Virus record (IMG/VR): IMGVR_UViG_3300025154_000007
DNA from: an uncultured virus (IMG/VR IMGVR_UViG_3300025154_000007)
Taxonomy: Duplodnaviria > Heunggongvirae > Uroviricota > Caudoviricetes
Length of the DNA: 20,000 nucleotides
Strand: one strand, 5' to 3'
The notes beneath the pieces are model-generated. The model had not been told where the DNA came from, did not search any database, and worked only from the letters and a program-made list of their open reading frames with translations. Below are positions 8,549 to 15,623 of this stretch, piece by piece (the stretch's first letter is position 1; each line of letters begins with the position of its first letter). The position numbers and the translations under genes are program-made.

Positions 8549-8574
8549 ATTATAGATTCAGATCCCACAATTTA
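8549..8574 (-). promoter_or_regulatory. Promoter, TAAA-N16-TATAATA motif
   Basis: TAAA (8574-8571), 16 nt, TATAAT (8554-8549) in the context ATCTATAATATT; directly upstream of the candidate sRNA. Confidence 0.6.
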
Positions 8575-8951
8575 TCCAGCATAATATCCGATAATGCCGC
8601 TAAATGAACCGCCGCGAATTCCTCATGCTCGAACATATCCCGGATTTTCAAAGATTTACACAAGGTAAAAATAACATGATTGCATTCATGCATTATTATA
8701 TATCGGTTAAGTTTATCTTTTGAAAATCGCAATGTTCCGTATATACTCCTTCTATTGGTATGATTATATTTCCGGTTAGGCGAAAACATTGCCCGGCTTG
8801 CAGTATAAATAGGATCATTGCTGAATGACTTTACTATGCAATCTTCGTGGTATTCTTTTGCGGTATCGTAAATATCGATTTCCAGCCTGATTATATGATC
8901 CCTTTGCTTATACTGGGCCGAATAATTCAGGAAACGGATTTCTTTGGACAA
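8550..8951 (-). CDS. HExxH-containing (zincin-like) hypothetical protein
   Basis: 'IIMHECNHV' followed by 'EEFAA'; TTG start with a G-rich RBS. Confidence 0.65.
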   Translation of the reverse strand: MSKEIRFLNYSAQYKQRDHIIRLEIDIYDTAKEYHEDCIVKSFSNDPIYTASRAMFSPNRKYNHTNRRSIYGTLRFSKDKLNRYIIMHECNHVIFTLCKSLKIRDMFEHEEFAAVHLAALSDIMLDKLWDLNL

Positions 8952-8978
8952 TTATGAATCCCCCCTTTTGTTAAAAAT

Positions 8979-9006
8979 ATTATAGATTCAAACTATCAAT
9001 GTTTTA
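8979..9006 (-). promoter_or_regulatory. Promoter, TCTATAATA motif
   Basis: TGAATCTATAATATT, identical over 15 nt to the copy at 8546-8560; upstream TAAAA. Confidence 0.55.
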
Positions 9007-9289
9007 TTGTTTCGCAATATTCGCAGATATTATATTTCTTTTCACTCATTTTATGACAATGCGGGCATTCCTCTTCTTTTTCCGTAATTCTCAATTCAGT
9101 TGACGAAACAGGTTTATTTGGTTCAACGGGTATTTTCTTCTTTTTCTTTATTGCGCCGTATATTGTTATACCCAGAAATGCCGCAAAGAAAATAGGCGCA
9201 GGAATTGTTCCGTAAGAACAGATTGAAAGTATCAGCGCAATACCGTACAAAAGAATCAGAATAATCGGAAGGAAGAAAACATATACCAT
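8996..9289 (-). CDS. Membrane protein with C-terminal zinc ribbon
   Basis: Two hydrophobic helices, then CPHC-x9-CEYC; AAGGAG RBS. Confidence 0.7.
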   Translation of the reverse strand: MVYVFFLPIILILLYGIALILSICSYGTIPAPIFFAAFLGITIYGAIKKKKKIPVEPNKPVSSTELRITEKEEECPHCHKMSEKKYNICEYCETIKH

Positions 9290-9301
9290 GATAATTCTCC
9301 T

Positions 9302-10207
9302 TTAAATATTAGCTTTCAATATAGCGCTAATTGATCTTGCATCCTTTTCCCCTTTCGATAAAGATAACAATTCTTTATAGATAGCTTTCAAATTATCTAA
9401 GGCGATAGTATCCTGCTTTAATTGTTCTTCACGAAGATCAATCATATGCTTTAATTGAATTAAACTTGCCCTTTCAAACGGAATACGCAAATATTCAGTA
9501 TTACCGTTATATTCATCTTGATAAGTTACAAATCTAGGTGCTTGCCTTTCTCCTATCGTATCTATTTTACACTTTAATATCGCAGTCCTACATATTTCAT
9601 TTACTCCGTTTTTATACTCACTAATAACATTTTTATAATCTTTATTTCCACCACTAACAATATCAATTAGTTCATCCCCAACTTTATCAATAGTAAAAGG
9701 CTTATTACGTGTAGATAAATCATCAATTATAACTTTCATCGCCTCTTGAACTGAATAATAATGGCCTTTAGAATCCACTGATCGCGCCACGTAATCTTGG
9801 GCACCCATACCCGTATTAATACCTAATTGTTTTGCTTGTTTCAACGCCAAATCAGTTATATGTTTATTATATATTTGTTTAGCGGTTATGCAGTCAGGAT
9901 ATTTATTAAGGTACAACAAAACATCTTCACCATTTTCAATAAAGAAATTACCCATTCCTTTTTGAAAACCTTTAGTTTCTTTATCTATTTCAAATAAACG
10001 AATAATACACGTTATTTCCAATTGTAATAACTCTATTCTCATTTTATAAATGTATCCCATAGTCTTCCAATATTGGCGCATTGCTTTTATTTTAGTTAAA
10101 AATACTTTAAGCGCCTCAGTACTGGAAATGGCCTTTATTTCTTTTGTCATTTCTCCCAATTGAGAATAAATATCTGATATGCCCGATAGAACCAATTCAT
10201 TAGTCAT
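9302..10207 (-). CDS. Hypothetical protein (301 aa, helical)
   Basis: Long ORF; AGGGGG RBS; no recognisable motif. Confidence 0.7.
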   Translation of the reverse strand: MTNELVLSGISDIYSQLGEMTKEIKAISSTEALKVFLTKIKAMRQYWKTMGYIYKMRIELLQLEITCIIRLFEIDKETKGFQKGMGNFFIENGEDVLLYLNKYPDCITAKQIYNKHITDLALKQAKQLGINTGMGAQDYVARSVDSKGHYYSVQEAMKVIIDDLSTRNKPFTIDKVGDELIDIVSGGNKDYKNVISEYKNGVNEICRTAILKCKIDTIGERQAPRFVTYQDEYNGNTEYLRIPFERASLIQLKHMIDLREEQLKQDTIALDNLKAIYKELLSLSKGEKDARSISAILKANI

Positions 10208-10226
10208 AAATCCCCCTATACAGAAA

Positions 10227-11189
10227 TTAAAATCCCCACTCTTTCTTGATGACGCCTAATTTATTTTTTTTATCTTCTATCCTCTGTAATTTATTTTTTT
10301 CTTTTTCACTGGCCTTATAATTCAAAATTATAGATTTAGAACTATCACAAGTATGTTTTTTGTTTAATTTCTGTAAACTACCACATTCAAAGCACCAATA
10401 ATAGCCAGATTTAAACAGCGCCGAACTAAAAAGATCATCGCAATAACCGCAAATATTTATTTTTGTGTCTTTAAAAAAAGGAACAGTGTCGTAATCTGTC
10501 ACTTCAATTTGCGATTGACGATGAAAACGGCCTGATCCTTCATAATATCTTCCGCAAATTAAGCAATAATCATTACGTTGATAGTCATTCCTCATATAAG
10601 GCATTTTACGGCCTTTGTCATACATATAACGAAATTGAATTAATTTACTTATCTTGTGTCGTATTCTAGGCACAAAATAATGTTTTCCGTCTAACATTTC
10701 TAACATAATACGATTATCATCGTAAAAACTTCTTTTAATATTAAAGGCATTATTTATATGGAATTCATTAGCATGATCATTGTAATTATGATCATCGTTT
10801 ATTAAATAATGATTCGACTTTTTAGCTAATAAATCCCCATAAAATTCATATGATAAATGTTCTAATTTTTCTTTAATAGTACCATTTTTATATTTATTAT
10901 AAGTATCAGTAGTGACTCTTCTATTTATTTCCTTTTCTTCATATCCACGCCGTAAACTTCTTTTTATATGATTAGAATAATAGTACATTAATTTATTAAT
11001 ATTATATATTGAGTGAATACCCCGTATTTTATCATACACACTTTCAATAAATTCATTTTCTTTATTTTCTTTTTCCTCTGGAGAACGGGTCGAACCCAAT
11101 CCCCAATGCATTATCGCTTTTCGCATTTCAATATGATCTAAATATGTAAGAACATCTCCAAGTTTAGCGAACAATTTTTCAGCTTTCAC
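10227..11189 (-). CDS. Hypothetical protein (320 aa) with several CxxC pairs
   Basis: CLIC, CGYC and CFEC..H.C motifs suggest zinc binding; GTG start, GGTGG RBS. Confidence 0.7.
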   Translation of the reverse strand: MKAEKLFAKLGDVLTYLDHIEMRKAIMHWGLGSTRSPEEKENKENEFIESVYDKIRGIHSIYNINKLMYYYSNHIKRSLRRGYEEKEINRRVTTDTYNKYKNGTIKEKLEHLSYEFYGDLLAKKSNHYLINDDHNYNDHANEFHINNAFNIKRSFYDDNRIMLEMLDGKHYFVPRIRHKISKLIQFRYMYDKGRKMPYMRNDYQRNDYCLICGRYYEGSGRFHRQSQIEVTDYDTVPFFKDTKINICGYCDDLFSSALFKSGYYWCFECGSLQKLNKKHTCDSSKSIILNYKASEKEKNKLQRIEDKKNKLGVIKKEWGF

Positions 11190-11233
11190 TATAAACCACC
11201 CTTAAAATATGTAAGTTAACTACTTACAGTTGT

Positions 11234-11259
11234 ATTATAGACGAAAAACATTCTTTTTA
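11234..11259 (-). promoter_or_regulatory. Leftward promoter, TAAA-N16-TATAATA motif
   Basis: TAAA (11259-11256), 16 nt, TATAAT (11239-11234) in CGTCTATAATAC. Confidence 0.6.
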
Positions 11260-11547
11260 TCATTTCAAAACAATTATTCCGCATAAAGTCCAAAAGTTTT
11301 TGAACGTGTTTCTATATATTTATTTTAATATATTGGAAGCGGTTTTATTGTTTTGGGTGACGTATATAGAAGAAAACATTGATTTTGAAAAAAGGAGCGT
11401 ATACTATAGTATATGGTACCAGCGTATACAGGAGTATATGCTTATATATAAGAAATAGACTAATCTCAAGAAATAAGTTATCTCTAAAGAGATAATAAGA
11501 ACCTTGCGGTTCATCAATCCCTTTTAAAAACCTTTTATAGCCTATAG

Positions 11548-11574
11548 CAAAAAACCAGAACATCGTCTATAATA
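11548..11574 (+). promoter_or_regulatory. Rightward promoter, (C)AAA-N16-TATAATA motif
   Basis: CAAA (11548-11551), 16 nt, TATAAT (11568-11573) in CGTCTATAATAT. Confidence 0.55.
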
Positions 11575-11647
11575 TGAAGTATAGGAAAGCAAGCGACCTT
11601 TGGCCGGGTTTCTTGCACGATCTTTTCTAAACGGGTCCAGATTCGAC

Positions 11648-11728
11648 AAGCCCCTTTGGGCGGCTCGCTGATTCTGGTATTGAGGACCAAATACTGGAAG
11701 AGGGGCCACGAGCCACCCAAAGGGGTTT
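11648..11728 (+). promoter_or_regulatory. Long leader hairpin sequestering the RBS of the 437-aa gene
   Basis: AAGCCCCTTTGGGcGGCTCG pairs with CGAGCCaCCCAAAGGGGTTT; inner stem TTCTGGTATT/AATACTGGAA. Ends 3 nt before TTG 11732. Confidence 0.65.
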
Positions 11729-11731
11729 TAT

Positions 11732-13045
11732 TTGAATGATTTAATATCTATTAAAAAACAAATACTATTAAATACGTATAGAAAAGAAATATGGGATTTT
11801 TATAATTTTTCTATAATAGAATTATTTATATTTGACCGCTTTTTCAATTGGGCTTCTACGGGGCAAATGATTTTTATTATGCACGATGGCAAGAAATTCT
11901 TTTTGATTGATTATTTTTATATTGCCCCTTCTTGGGGAATGTCGGAGATTTATTTGAAAAAGATAATGCTGGGATTATCCGGCTCAATGCCCAAAAACGT
12001 TTCTACTAATCTTAAATATCCGTTGATAAGACTTACCCAAAAAGATGAATATAAAAAATGGAAGTCTTATTATGGGTTTGAAATCGGCACAATGAACACT
12101 TTGATTTCTTGGGATAGTCTAAGTCTGAAAAGAAAAGCATTCCTAGAGGAGTTTATAAATATGGACGGCCTGTTTACCGAATTGCCCATCCAGCCGAAAC
12201 AAATAATAAAAGACAAGGATTTCCATAAAGTCCCCGCCCATTCAGTTTGCCTTGATCTTTACAAATCACTTTTACAAATAAATACAAATAACGGAAAGCG
12301 TTTATTTGTAAACCATATCATACCCGCCGATGCCCATCATTACAACGCCACCTATGCGCATTTCCAGGACGCAATCTTTTGTCTTTATGAAGGTAAATTC
12401 CTTACTACCTACAATTCCGATAAAATGGTCGAATGGTTCCGAATCAAATATAAATATTATTTAAATAATGAATCTATAAAAGAAAAAATACGATCCTGTA
12501 AACATGACTGGAATAAAATAAAAGAAATAGTATTGGAAGCCGGGAACAATTACGCTTTATGGTTTGATGTCAATTCCGAACAATATGATAAAGATGCATT
12601 ACCTAGATCCATCGTAGATTGGATATATTCCGCTCATACGGAGACTTCAATGTTCTATGTTTCATTATTGCAACCGCCGACATCCGCACGGGAAGCCGAG
12701 GCGGAAAGATTGTTCAACAGGATCAACCCGAAATACCGGAAAATATTCTATTCATTGAAACAGGAAAGTTTCGACGGCTACACATTCTGGAATAAAATAA
12801 ATGACCTGATAAAATGGTATGATAAATATTGGGGAAGATTGACCAGACAGGATATTAATTGTGCTTATTGGCTGGATGGAATAACGGCTAATTTCCTGAA
12901 TAACTATAAAGAATGGCTTATGGCTTTCACCGATGAAAAACCCTTCCTTAAAAATATCGGAATAAATAATAATACCTTCGATTTATATATCAAACAGAAA
13001 ATAAAAGATCACGGTATCGAAATCGAAATCCCAAGGAGTTTGTAA
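11732..13045 (+). CDS. Hypothetical protein (437 aa); possible replication/origin-associated protein
   Basis: Long ORF with TTG start. The functional guess rests only on its position next to the palindrome-rich divergence region. Confidence 0.7.
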   Translation: MNDLISIKKQILLNTYRKEIWDFYNFSIIELFIFDRFFNWASTGQMIFIMHDGKKFFLIDYFYIAPSWGMSEIYLKKIMLGLSGSMPKNVSTNLKYPLIRLTQKDEYKKWKSYYGFEIGTMNTLISWDSLSLKRKAFLEEFINMDGLFTELPIQPKQIIKDKDFHKVPAHSVCLDLYKSLLQINTNNGKRLFVNHIIPADAHHYNATYAHFQDAIFCLYEGKFLTTYNSDKMVEWFRIKYKYYLNNESIKEKIRSCKHDWNKIKEIVLEAGNNYALWFDVNSEQYDKDALPRSIVDWIYSAHTETSMFYVSLLQPPTSAREAEAERLFNRINPKYRKIFYSLKQESFDGYTFWNKINDLIKWYDKYWGRLTRQDINCAYWLDGITANFLNNYKEWLMAFTDEKPFLKNIGINNNTFDLYIKQKIKDHGIEIEIPRSL

Positions 13046-13336
13046 ATGGATAAATTATTGGAATTGATATCTAAATGCAAGTGCCATATTTCTTTGGAAA
13101 TAAATGAGCATAGAAATTATTACGCTACAGTGAAGGAAACATTGGATGAATTAAATTCATTGGAATGCCCGCCTAGTTATGATGAAGAAATAAAAAATAA
13201 AATGATAAAATGGGATACAATAATATCATTGCAATTCTATCCTATTACCCCGATTGGTTTTTATAGTTTGTTAGATTCTGATTTGGACAGCATTTTAACC
13301 AGGGCTTTGAATTGTCTAAAGGAGGAAAATAAATGA
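13046..13336 (+). CDS. Phage-type hypothetical protein (96 aa)
   Basis: AAGGAG RBS; 'NEHRNYY.TV' and 'LQFYPITPIGFY' motifs. Confidence 0.7.
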   Translation: MDKLLELISKCKCHISLEINEHRNYYATVKETLDELNSLECPPSYDEEIKNKMIKWDTIISLQFYPITPIGFYSLLDSDLDSILTRALNCLKEENK

Positions 13337-13620
13337 TTTTGAAACCCGGAACAACAGGATGGAAATGGTCCGATGATATCAAAAATAAAATCCGTGCAAC
13401 CTGCCTGAAAATTGACCGAACAAAAGAATGGCGCGAAAAGCGGATAAATGCATCGAACGAAGTCTGCAACAAAAAAGTAATTTGCATCGAAACCGGAAAA
13501 GAATATAAATCGGAATCTGCCGCCGCAAAAGAATTGAAAGTAAAACCGATCCAGATATCGCGGGTTGTCCGAGGCGAGCGGCATACGGTGCATGGTTTAA
13601 GTTTTAGGTTTATCGTATGA
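13333..13620 (+). CDS. NUMOD1/IENR1-type DNA-binding protein with a NUMOD3-like N-terminus and no nuclease domain
   Basis: 'KKVICIETGKEYKSESAAAKELKV....ISRVVRGERHTVHGLSFRF' fits the NUMOD1 HTH pattern; AGGAGG RBS. Confidence 0.8.
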   Translation: MILKPGTTGWKWSDDIKNKIRATCLKIDRTKEWREKRINASNEVCNKKVICIETGKEYKSESAAAKELKVKPIQISRVVRGERHTVHGLSFRFIV

Positions 13621-14012
13621 AAATGTACGATTGTCCGAAATTCAATATTTGTTCAGCTCCGTTATGCCCGCTGAATAAAAACAGTTTGAAAAATGGTGAA
13701 TGGTATCCGAATGATGAAATATGCCATAAAGTTTCGGAACGGAAAAACAAACGCTGGATAAAAATACAGCGACGTATCCAGAAAAAGACAAACGGCAATC
13801 CAGATATCGGAGAATTCAATTTTGCAATGCTCGAAAGGATCAAGGCAGTAGGTTCAAAAATCCACGGCTTGGGTGATATCCGCAAACCACCGCTTTTGCG
13901 TACATGGCTCCAGAATCATCCGCCTATCGATACTAAATCCATGACAGTAATCAAACGGCACTGGGAAGCAGGTAAACGACTTGCTGAGTACAGGGTTAAA
14001 TCGAATGTCTGA
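13617..14012 (+). CDS. Cys-rich hypothetical protein (131 aa)
   Basis: 'CPKFNICSAPLCPL...IC' cluster; ATGA overlap. Confidence 0.65.
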   Translation: MKMYDCPKFNICSAPLCPLNKNSLKNGEWYPNDEICHKVSERKNKRWIKIQRRIQKKTNGNPDIGEFNFAMLERIKAVGSKIHGLGDIRKPPLLRTWLQNHPPIDTKSMTVIKRHWEAGKRLAEYRVKSNV

Positions 14013-14325
14013 CGCCAAAAAGTACCGGTTTTCCTTACGGAATTTGACCAAGCTTGTGTTTGACGTATCTTTCCTAGTCCGAGGGTTTGGGTATCTTTTT
14101 TCATCGCATTTCAGCGGTTATGGATCGCGTCCTCGGAACGATACCCAGTATAAGTTCAAGGATCGTACGTAAAACGGGTTAATTGTTTAATTCTATATAG
14201 TGTAAGGGGTTATTTTATCATGATTAGTGCCATTTACCTTCAAAAACAAATAAAAATATTTTTACGATTTTTTATAACTCTATATACTATATACATTTAT
14301 AAATGTTTTATAAGTGCGTTTTTTG

Positions 14326-14355
14326 TTTACAAAATTAGAAAACCCGTGATATACT
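14326..14355 (+). promoter_or_regulatory. Host sigma-70-type promoter heading the small-ORF cluster
   Basis: TTTACA (14326-14331), 18 nt, extended -10 TGaTATACT (14347-14355); AT-rich upstream; AAGGAG RBS follows. Confidence 0.6.
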
Positions 14356-14380
14356 ATAGATAGTTAGTAAGGAGAGCAGT

Positions 14381-14578
14381 ATGGAAATGACGGCAGCGGT
14401 AAAAGATAAGGTGACTGGAGAAAAATCCTCTATAACCCGCGACTGGGATATGACTAAAAAAGAATTTAGAGTCGAGCTTAATCGAAATGGCTATACGGTT
14501 ATTGGTAGGATTTTTACTGAGGAGGATATGAGCACTCGTCGTGGTCGTCTTTATTGGTGCCATGGGGTAAAAATTTAA
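14381..14578 (+). CDS. Hypothetical protein (65 aa)
   Basis: AAGGAG RBS; first gene after the promoter. Confidence 0.7.
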   Translation: MEMTAAVKDKVTGEKSSITRDWDMTKKEFRVELNRNGYTVIGRIFTEEDMSTRRGRLYWCHGVKI

Positions 14579-14631
14579 TCGTAGATAGCCGCCTACGGGC
14601 GGTAATGCGGCGAGCCGGTCCAAAGCCCGGC
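14579..14631 (+). ncRNA. Twister-like self-cleaving ribozyme, circularly permuted (P1 closed by a hairpin)
   Basis: UCGUA-GAUAG-[CCGCC UACG GGCGG]-UAA-UGCGGC-GA-[GCCGG UCCAAAGC CCGGC]. Shows the twister UAA cleavage motif, P2 UGCGG/UCGUA, P4 with an L4 close to GGUNNCAAGCCC, and GC/GC T2. The T1 pairing is imperfect. Confidence 0.65.
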
Positions 14632-14644
14632 AAAGGAGCTTTTT

Positions 14645-14836
14645 ATGAAAGCATTGATGGCTGATTCGGTTTATGGCGTTTACGAAGTAGACGGGTTCAT
14701 CGGCGATACGTAAATCAGGATGGCGATATCCTATTTCGCCCTTAAAACTCTAGGCGACGATACGATCATCGCAGCGTGGGTTTCCGAAGAAATATTCGCC
14801 AAGATCGATGCGGAATACGGGATCAAAAAATTATGA
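14645..14836 (+). pseudogene. 63-codon reading frame with an in-frame TAA at codon 23 (pseudogene or readthrough gene)
   Basis: AAGGAG RBS; MKALMADSVYGVYEVDGFIGDT*IRMAISYFALKTLGDDTIIAAWVSEEIFAKIDAEYGIKKL*. The final TGA forms an ATGA overlap with the next gene. Confidence 0.55.
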
Positions 14837-15021
14837 AAATCAAAAAAGAATGCGAACGCCGAAGCCTTCGCGGATGCGCCGGATGCCCGGCCCTTCATTC
14901 ACTCTGCGACAAGGAAAAAGTCCCGTCAAAAAGAAAAACCCAAAATGATAAAATGTCCCTTGAAATGGCAAAGGAAGCCGAAGAGGCTTTCAAGTTTTCT
15001 TTTATTCAGGAGGGTAATTGA
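14833..15021 (+). CDS. Small Cys-containing hypothetical protein (62 aa)
   Basis: MKIKKECERRSLRGCAGCPALHSLC...; start via ATGA overlap. Confidence 0.55.
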   Translation: MKIKKECERRSLRGCAGCPALHSLCDKEKVPSKRKTQNDKMSLEMAKEAEEAFKFSFIQEGN

Positions 15022-15022
15022 A

Positions 15023-15181
15023 ATGGTAGTAGTTATTGAAATAGACGACGGTTCTTTTTCTACGGGCGAATTGTATGGCGATAAAATAGAAGAAAAAATA
15101 ACAATAAAAAATAAGGATGAAAATGGGATGCCATTTTATCAAAGCGGAAAATTCGTAGAAATACTTGAAGGGGGAAATTAA
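15023..15181 (+). CDS. Hypothetical protein (52 aa)
   Basis: AGGAGG RBS, MVVVIEIDDG... Confidence 0.65.
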   Translation: MVVVIEIDDGSFSTGELYGDKIEEKITIKNKDENGMPFYQSGKFVEILEGGN

Positions 15182-15331
15182 ATGGCGGCTAACGTAGAAA
15201 CCTGTTTCCTTTATCGACGGGAACAAACTTCTCAAATCGGCGCAGGAAGCAATCGAAAAAGTAGCGGCTTGAATTTGGATTATATGGCGCGGACGACAAA
15301 GGGCGTCGGCCATAAAGGGGGCTTGACATGA
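15182..15331 (+). CDS. Hypothetical protein (49 aa), possibly a degenerate gene
   Basis: AGGGGG RBS; ends in an ATGA overlap. The +1 frame also looks protein-like. Confidence 0.4.
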   Translation: MAANVETCFLYRREQTSQIGAGSNRKSSGLNLDYMARTTKGVGHKGGLT

Positions 15332-15453
15332 AATATAAGAAGCGGATGGAAAATCTTGAAGCGCGGCGCAAGGAATATGAAAAGATGAAGGCGGAAGGGA
15401 AGGACGTGCATAATTATTCCGGCTTCAAAATGCCCGGAAGCAACAAAAAGTAA
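15328..15453 (+). CDS. Small basic hypothetical protein (41 aa)
   Basis: MKYKKRMENLEARRKEYEKM...GFKMPGSNKK; AGGGGG RBS. Confidence 0.6.
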   Translation: MKYKKRMENLEARRKEYEKMKAEGKDVHNYSGFKMPGSNKK

Positions 15454-15464
15454 AGGGGAATATC

Positions 15465-15623
15465 ATGCAGATGAAGAAATGGAACAGGAAGAACGGCGGA
15501 TACAAGGCGAAATCGCAGGCCGAGTGGTTTTATTTTTACATGAGGACATCCGGCGAGGATAAAGCCCAAAAATATCTGGAAAAGATCCAGACTGAAAAAA
15601 TGACCGCACTGATGAGCCGCTGA
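15465..15623 (+). CDS. Hypothetical protein (52 aa); 3' end overlaps the hammerhead
   Basis: AGGGG RBS; MQMKKWNRKNGGYKAKSQAEWFYFY...TALMSR*. Confidence 0.55.
   Translation: MQMKKWNRKNGGYKAKSQAEWFYFYMRTSGEDKAQKYLEKIQTEKMTALMSR

Noticed and set aside
14078..14147. HDV-like/theta ribozyme interpretation of the pseudoknot
   Set aside because: Only 2 nt separate the two 3' strands, leaving no room for P1.1, P4 or the catalytic J4/2, and no tRNA is adjacent.
14251..14306. 14-bp palindromes TAAAAATATTTTTA and ACATTTATAAATGT as operators
   Set aside because: They are nearly pure A/T in a very AT-rich tract and dissimilar to each other; not supportable without statistics.
15547..15565. Third mini-pseudoknot ATCC-GGC-GA-GGAT-AAA-GCC
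   Set aside because: Stems are only 4 and 3 bp and lie inside a coding region, so chance is likely.
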